A stretch of DNA of 64,000 nucleotides, taken from contig CAWAXX010000012.1 of NCBI GenBank assembly GCA_963786105.1, positions 160,001 to 224,000 on the forward strand, given 5' to 3'. Under the pieces are notes generated by a model. It was not told the DNA's origin. It made no database searches and saw only the letters and a list, made by a program, of their open reading frames with translations. The stretch is from Vulcanimicrobiota bacterium (GTDB lineage Bacteria; Vulcanimicrobiota; Vulcanimicrobiia; Vulcanimicrobiales; Vulcanimicrobiaceae). How positions within the stretch are numbered: the first letter of the stretch is position 1; every line of letters begins with the position of its first letter. The position numbers were made by a program, and so were the translations under genes. Positions 58,944 through 64,000 of this stretch are shown here, piece by piece.

Positions 58944-59504
58944 CCTGTTTGCAAAGCGCATGGCCGGATCGAGGCCTTCCTTCAACCACAGTTCCACGGC
59001 GCCGGCCGCGGCGGCGACGATTGCCGGAAGCTCGCGCAACTCGTCTTTGTTGAACGGGCTGAGCACGTGGTCGACCGAGTCGTATTCCGGGCGTCCCACC
59101 CCGATGCGTAAGCGCGGAAATCCGTCGCCGATCGTCGCGATGATCGAGCGCAGTCCGTTGTGGCCGCCGTGTCCGCCGAACGGGCGCATGCGTAATCTGC
59201 CGAACGGCAAGTCCATCTCATCGACGACGACCAGAACGCCCTCGGGAGGCGTGCGGTACCACGACGAAATCAAGCGGATAGGGGTGCCGCTGAGATTCAT
59301 GAACGACGTCGGCTTGACGAACGCGATGCGGTTGACCGAATCGAAAGCCTGCTCGGCGCTGTCCTTTTTCTTCCAACTCGCGATCCCGTAGCGCCGCGCA
59401 ACTTCGTCGACCACCATGAAGCCGGCGTTGTGCCGGGTCGCCGCGTACTCTTTTCCGGGATTGCCGAGACCGACGACGAGCCGCGGCGTTCCTATGTCGG
59501 CCAG
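58929..59504 (-). CDS. pth: Peptidyl-tRNA hydrolase (probable CTG start)
   Basis: LVVGLGNPGKEYAATRHNAGF lies upstream of the first ATG (59417); KPTSFMNLSG, GGHNGLRS, RLRIGVG. Confidence 0.95.
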   Translation of the reverse strand: MADIGTPRLVVGLGNPGKEYAATRHNAGFMVVDEVARRYGIASWKKKDSAEQAFDSVNRIAFVKPTSFMNLSGTPIRLISSWYRTPPEGVLVVVDEMDLPFGRLRMRPFGGHGGHNGLRSIIATIGDGFPRLRIGVGRPEYDSVDHVLSPFNKDELRELPAIVAAAAGAVELWLKEGLDPAMRFANRWETP

Positions 59505-59507
59505 GCG

Positions 59508-60161
59508 CTATTGCTCCGTTGGGGCCGGCGTCTCGCCGATGACCTCAGGCTCCGGCGCTTCGGCCGGACCGGCGGCCGCTTCTTCGAGCTCGCGCTCGGT
59601 GCGCGACGGCTCGATCGATACGACGGTGGTCTCGGCGGGCGTGAGCATCTTGAAACCGCTGGGAAGTTTGACGTCGCCGGCGACGATATGTTCGTGCAGA
59701 CCGAGTTCCGAAACGTCGATCTCGATATTCTCGGGAATGCTATCGGCCGGGCCCTCGATCTCCAACTCGTGGGTGACGACGTCCATGACGCCGCCAGACT
59801 CGCGCAGACCGCGCGCCACTCCGACCGTCACCACGGCCAGTTTTGCGCCAATACTTTCCTTGGCGGAAACGCGCTGCAGGTCTGCGTGGAGCACTCGATG
59901 TGAAACGGGATGGTACTGAACGACCCGAACGAGCGCCGTTTCCCCCGTTTTCGCCCCACCCGCGAGCGTAACGATGGCGTTGCGGCCGCCGCGATGAAGC
60001 AACTCCTCGAACGCGTGCGCATCGATGGCCAGGTGTTCGGGAGCGGTTCCGTGCCCGTACAGCACGGCCGGAATCTTGCCGGCATGGCGCAGGCCGTTGG
60101 CGCCGGTCGTACCGAGCTTCTCGCGGGGTTCGATAGTGAGCTTGAGCTCCTTGGTAGCCAC
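59508..60161 (-). CDS. rplY: 50S ribosomal protein L25 / Ctc
   Basis: GKIPAVLYG, VQYHPV...LHADL, GG, IP..IEIDVS.L, acidic tail EPEVI. Confidence 0.96.
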   Translation of the reverse strand: MATKELKLTIEPREKLGTTGANGLRHAGKIPAVLYGHGTAPEHLAIDAHAFEELLHRGGRNAIVTLAGGAKTGETALVRVVQYHPVSHRVLHADLQRVSAKESIGAKLAVVTVGVARGLRESGGVMDVVTHELEIEGPADSIPENIEIDVSELGLHEHIVAGDVKLPSGFKMLTPAETTVVSIEPSRTERELEEAAAGPAEAPEPEVIGETPAPTEQ

Positions 60162-60282
60162 GTTGTACCTTTCCGAGGACTTTCCGATGTCTGTGGTATC
60201 TTCGTCGTTTCGGGCTCCATTTACCACGGTAAACGTCGGCCCCGGCCTCCCAAATCCCGAAAAAGCTACACCCGCTCGCCGG

Positions 60283-61305
60283 TTAGGCGATGGTTGCGGG
60301 TTCGGGCAGCAGCACCGGCCGGTCGAGTTTCGAGGGGTCCTCGCCGGAAAAGAGTTCCGATACCGAACGGTTGGTCGTGATTCGGCTAATTGCGTCGGCG
60401 AACGTCTGGGCGATCGAGAGTTGAACGAATTTCGGATGCATCTCGACGTTCTCTAACGGAACGGTGTTGGTAACGATCACCCTTTCGATGCCGGAGTGTT
60501 CGAGTACGTCGACCGCGTCGCCGGCAAAGATTCCGTGCGAAGCAACCGTGTAAACCTGCGTCGCCCCCCGCGCTTTGATCGCCTCGGCCGCTCGAGCGAG
60601 CGTTCCACCGGTCGAGATCATATCGTCGACGATGACGGCGACTCGACCCGCTACCTCACCGACGATGTCGGTTACTTCGGAAACGTCCGGTTCCGGCCGC
60701 CGCTTAAAAACGATGGCCAGCGAGCTGTTAAGCCGCTTGGCAAAAATCTCCGCGCGGTGCACGCCGCCGGCATCGGGCGAAACCACCACGATCTTCTCGT
60801 CGCAGAGACCCTCTTTTTTCAAGTAGTTGCATAACACCGGCATCGCCATCAGATTGTCGACCGGAATGTCGAAAAACCCCTGAATCTGCGCGGCGTGGAG
60901 GTCCATCGTGACGATCCGCTTCGATCCGGTGACTTTTAAGAGATTGGCGACGACTTTGGCCGAGATCGGCTCGCGGCCTTTGGTTTTCTTGTCTTGCTTG
61001 GCGTATCCGTAGTAGGGGATGACGGCGGTGATGCGCGCGGCCGACGCGCGTCGCAGCGCGTCGATCATCAACAGCAACTCCATGAGCGCGTCGTTGACGC
61101 TTTTGCCGGTCGGAGTCTTGCAGATCGACTGTATGACGAAGACTTCCGATCCCCGAACGTTCTCGCCGATCTCCACCCGCGTTTCCGCGTTTCGAAATTC
61201 GGTAACCAGCGCCTTGCCCACGTGGAGCTTCAAGCGTTTGGCGATCTCTTCGGCAAGTTGCGGATTGGAGTTTCCGCTGAAGATGAGCGGCGGATTCTGG
61301 CTCAA
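60283..61305 (-). CDS. prs: Ribose-phosphate pyrophosphokinase
   Basis: FSGNSN..LA, PYYGYAKQD, DLHAAQIQGFFD, SPDAGG, VDDMISTGGT; TTG start after GGGGAG. Confidence 0.97.
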   Translation of the reverse strand: MSQNPPLIFSGNSNPQLAEEIAKRLKLHVGKALVTEFRNAETRVEIGENVRGSEVFVIQSICKTPTGKSVNDALMELLLMIDALRRASAARITAVIPYYGYAKQDKKTKGREPISAKVVANLLKVTGSKRIVTMDLHAAQIQGFFDIPVDNLMAMPVLCNYLKKEGLCDEKIVVVSPDAGGVHRAEIFAKRLNSSLAIVFKRRPEPDVSEVTDIVGEVAGRVAVIVDDMISTGGTLARAAEAIKARGATQVYTVASHGIFAGDAVDVLEHSGIERVIVTNTVPLENVEMHPKFVQLSIAQTFADAISRITTNRSVSELFSGEDPSKLDRPVLLPEPATIA

Positions 61306-61471
61306 GGCTGTTCTCCCCGGGGCGAGTAGCAGCGGAGCGCACAAGTTCACGCGAGGTTCCCTGGCTTCCTGGAGCGTCGCGAAGCCCCGGGCTGCGCAGG
61401 GATGACCTTTTCAACCGTCCCCCACGATCGCCGGGCAACCTCCTGAGGGCGCGGGGCGGTTTCAACAAAGC

Positions 61472-63517
61472 ATGCCCCAAAAGTTTGAGCTGGTTTCGCC
61501 GTTTGCCCTGGCCGGCGATCAGCCGAAGGCAACCCAAGAGCTGGCGGAGGGGGTCCTGCGCGGCGATCGCATCCAAACGCTGCTGGGCGTTACCGGCAGC
61601 GGAAAAACCATGGCGATGGCGCGGACGGTCGAGCTCGTGCAAAAGCCGACCCTGGTGTTGTGCCACAACAAGACCCTGGCCGCTCAGTTGTGCGCCGAGT
61701 TCCGGGAGTTCTTCCCGAGGAACGCCGTCGAATATTTCGTCTCCTATTTCGACTACTATCAGCCCGAAGCGTACGTCGCGTCAACCGACACGTACATCGA
61801 AAAGGACAGCTCGGTGAACGACGAGATCGAGCGTTTGCGCCACTCGGCGACCCAGTCGCTGCTGACGCGGCCGGACACGCTCATCGTCGCGTCGGTCTCG
61901 TGCATTTTCGGTCTCGGCTCGCCGTCGGACTACATGGAGATGTCGGCACGCGTGCGAGTCGGCGACAGCTTCGATCGCGACGCGCTTCTGCGCAAGCTTG
62001 TCGATATGCAGTATCGGCGCAACGACATCAACCTCGTCCGCGGCACGTTTCGCGTCCGGGGCGACGTTCTGGAGTTCGTTGGCGTCGACGAAGAGCTGGT
62101 ACATCGCATCGAATTTTTTGGCGACGACATCGAGTCCATCAGCGTCGTCAATATTCTGACCGGCGAGTACGTCGAAAGCAAAACCGAGCTTCTCATCTTT
62201 CCCGCCAAGCATTTCATTACGCCCGACGAAAAGCTGCGACGCGCTGTCGATTCGATCCAAGTCGAGCTCGATGAACGGCTGCAGTATTTCAAGCGGCACG
62301 GAAAACTGCTCGAAGCGCAACGGTTGGAAATGCGCACGCGGTACGACCTCGACATGCTGCGCGAAGTCGGCTACTGCAACGGTATCGAAAATTATTCGCG
62401 CCATCTCACCGGGCGCGAAGCGGGTTCGACGCCGTGGTGTTTGATCGATTTCTTTCCCAAAGACTGGTTACTGTTCGTCGACGAATCCCACGTAACGCTG
62501 CCGCAGGTACGCGGCATGTATGCCGGCGATCGCTCGCGCAAGCAAGTCTTGGTCGAGCACGGCTTCCGGTTACCGAGTGCGCTGGACAACCGTCCCCTCA
62601 CCTACGAGGAGTTCGACGCTCACCTTTGCCAGGCAATTTACGTCTCGGCGACGCCGGGAACGTACGAGACCGGCCGCAGCTCGCAGGTCGTCGAGATGAT
62701 CATTCGGCCTACGGGTCTGGTGGATCCGGAAGTCGAGGTTCGCCCTACACGCAATCAGGTCGACGATTTGATGGAAGAGATTCGCCGGCGGGTGGAGCGC
62801 CAAGAGCGCGTGCTGGTGACCACGCTCACCAAGAAGATGGCCGAAGATCTTACGGATTTCTTGCTCGAGATGGGTTTGCGCGCGCGCTACCTGCATAGCG
62901 AAGTCGACACGCTCGAGCGCGTCGCCATCTTGCGCGACCTACGCATGGGCGTTTTCGACGTTCTGGTCGGAATCAATCTCCTGCGCGAAGGCCTCGACCT
63001 TCCGGAAGTCTCGATGGTCGGCATCCTCGATGCCGACAAGGAAGGATACTTGCGCAGCGGCACGTCGCTCATACAGACGATCGGTCGTGCGGCGCGCCAC
63101 GTCGAGGGAAAGGTCCTGATGTACGCCGACGTCGTTACCGAATCGATGGCGCGCGCCATCGGCGAAACGCGACGGCGCCGCGAGCGGCAGATTGCCTACA
63201 ACCGCCTGCACGGGATAGAACCGCGTTCGATTCGCAAAGAAATTCACGATATCCTAAGCCTGGTGGGCGCCACCCAAGAGAACGCTGCGAAGTTCAAGCT
63301 CGATAAACTTCCCCGCGAGGTCGCCCTAAAAACCGTCGCCGAACTCGAGCGCAAGATGCGCGAGTTCGCCGCCAACCTCGAGTTCGAGAAGGCGGCCGCC
63401 TTGCGCGACGAACTCATCGAGCTGCGCAAGCAAATCGGCGGAAACGAAGGCGTGCTCTTTGGTGGCAGGGCGCCGAAAATTTTCGATCGCGCCCTGCAAG
63501 AGCTCGTGTCTTCCTGA
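61472..63517 (+). CDS. uvrB: Excinuclease ABC subunit B
   Basis: [41 protein letters not shown]-terminal UVR domain. Confidence 0.98.
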   Translation: MPQKFELVSPFALAGDQPKATQELAEGVLRGDRIQTLLGVTGSGKTMAMARTVELVQKPTLVLCHNKTLAAQLCAEFREFFPRNAVEYFVSYFDYYQPEAYVASTDTYIEKDSSVNDEIERLRHSATQSLLTRPDTLIVASVSCIFGLGSPSDYMEMSARVRVGDSFDRDALLRKLVDMQYRRNDINLVRGTFRVRGDVLEFVGVDEELVHRIEFFGDDIESISVVNILTGEYVESKTELLIFPAKHFITPDEKLRRAVDSIQVELDERLQYFKRHGKLLEAQRLEMRTRYDLDMLREVGYCNGIENYSRHLTGREAGSTPWCLIDFFPKDWLLFVDESHVTLPQVRGMYAGDRSRKQVLVEHGFRLPSALDNRPLTYEEFDAHLCQAIYVSATPGTYETGRSSQVVEMIIRPTGLVDPEVEVRPTRNQVDDLMEEIRRRVERQERVLVTTLTKKMAEDLTDFLLEMGLRARYLHSEVDTLERVAILRDLRMGVFDVLVGINLLREGLDLPEVSMVGILDADKEGYLRSGTSLIQTIGRAARHVEGKVLMYADVVTESMARAIGETRRRRERQIAYNRLHGIEPRSIRKEIHDILSLVGATQENAAKFKLDKLPREVALKTVAELERKMREFAANLEFEKAAALRDELIELRKQIGGNEGVLFGGRAPKIFDRALQELVSS

Positions 63518-63577
63518 GCGCAGGCGCACTTCGACTCGCAAGGAGTAGCCGGGACGGTGACCCAAACCTCGTTCGAT

Positions 63578-64000
63578 ATGACCGAAGCGCTCGGTGAAAT
63601 TCTTATCGTTGCCGTATTCGCCGGCATTGCGGTGGTGCTGCATGCGATTTGGCAGCGACGCTTCAAGAGCGAACTTCTCCGCAAACACAACGACGTGGCT
63701 GGCTTCCTCTTTTCGGCGGTCGGTGTAATTTATGCGGTCGTCTTAGGGTTCGTCGTCGTGGTCGTATGGGAAAAATACGACGGGACGGTCGCGAACGTGG
63801 AATCGGAAATCGCCGCAGTATCGGACCTGTACCGGACGGTAGGCGGCTTATCGAATCCGTCGCGCTCGGAGATCCGTAGCCAGCTTCAGACCTATACCAG
63901 CGGAATCATTAACTCGGAATGGCCCCTCATGTCGCAGCGCGCGATGGTTCCAAAAGACTTGGCGCTGCTCGAGACCTTGGCCCACCGAGTCGACACGTAC
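63578..64000 (+). CDS. DUF4239-like membrane protein (partial, runs off the window)
   Basis: Manual translation: MTEALGEILIVAVF...HNDVAGFLFSAVGVIYAVVLGFVVVVVWEKYD...EWPLM. Confidence 0.75.
   Translation, partial: MTEALGEILIVAVFAGIAVVLHAIWQRRFKSELLRKHNDVAGFLFSAVGVIYAVVLGFVVVVVWEKYDGTVANVESEIAAVSDLYRTVGGLSNPSRSEIRSQLQTYTSGIINSEWPLMSQRAMVPKDLALLETLAHRVDTY

Noticed and set aside
61350..61471. SOS box or IS-end remnants between prs and uvrB (tttcaac twice)
   Set aside because: No recognisable LexA palindrome; the short matches are same-orientation and too weak to call.

Overview
GC-rich bacterial chromosomal segment. Gene style (secreted phospholipase C-like paralogues, Firmicutes-like infC-rpmI-rplT, yqzL and pheST, CIRCE) is compatible with Eremiobacterota/Vulcanimicrobiota; this is an inference. 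Most of it is housekeeping or metabolic: hsp20-lon, selD, pheST, infC-rpmI-rplT, rocD, tag, aceA-aceB, tricorn protease, two GH125 genes, meaB plus a split B12 acyl-CoA mutase, gltX, glmU, pth-rplY-prs and uvrB. The most striking accessory element is a compositionally distinct three-gene cassette at 8789-11091 (minus strand). It encodes a small membrane protein with a (PITPAPGTPK)6 mucin-like tail whose DNA repeats vary only at synonymous sites, a membrane-anchored glycosyltransferase carrying the motifs of eukaryotic polypeptide GalNAc-transferases (DSH, WGxE, distal His), and a sulfotransferase. Together these are a candidate bacterial mucin-type O-glycosylation/sulfation system. Also notable: a five-gene amide-ligase cluster (13532-18649), two covarying ~107-nt hairpin elements, REP-like repeats that contribute gene ends, a Phe-containing YqzL-like ORF plus terminator ahead of pheS, several likely non-canonical start codons, and two pseudo-enzymes. 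No rRNA, tRNA, CRISPR array or transposase was recognised.
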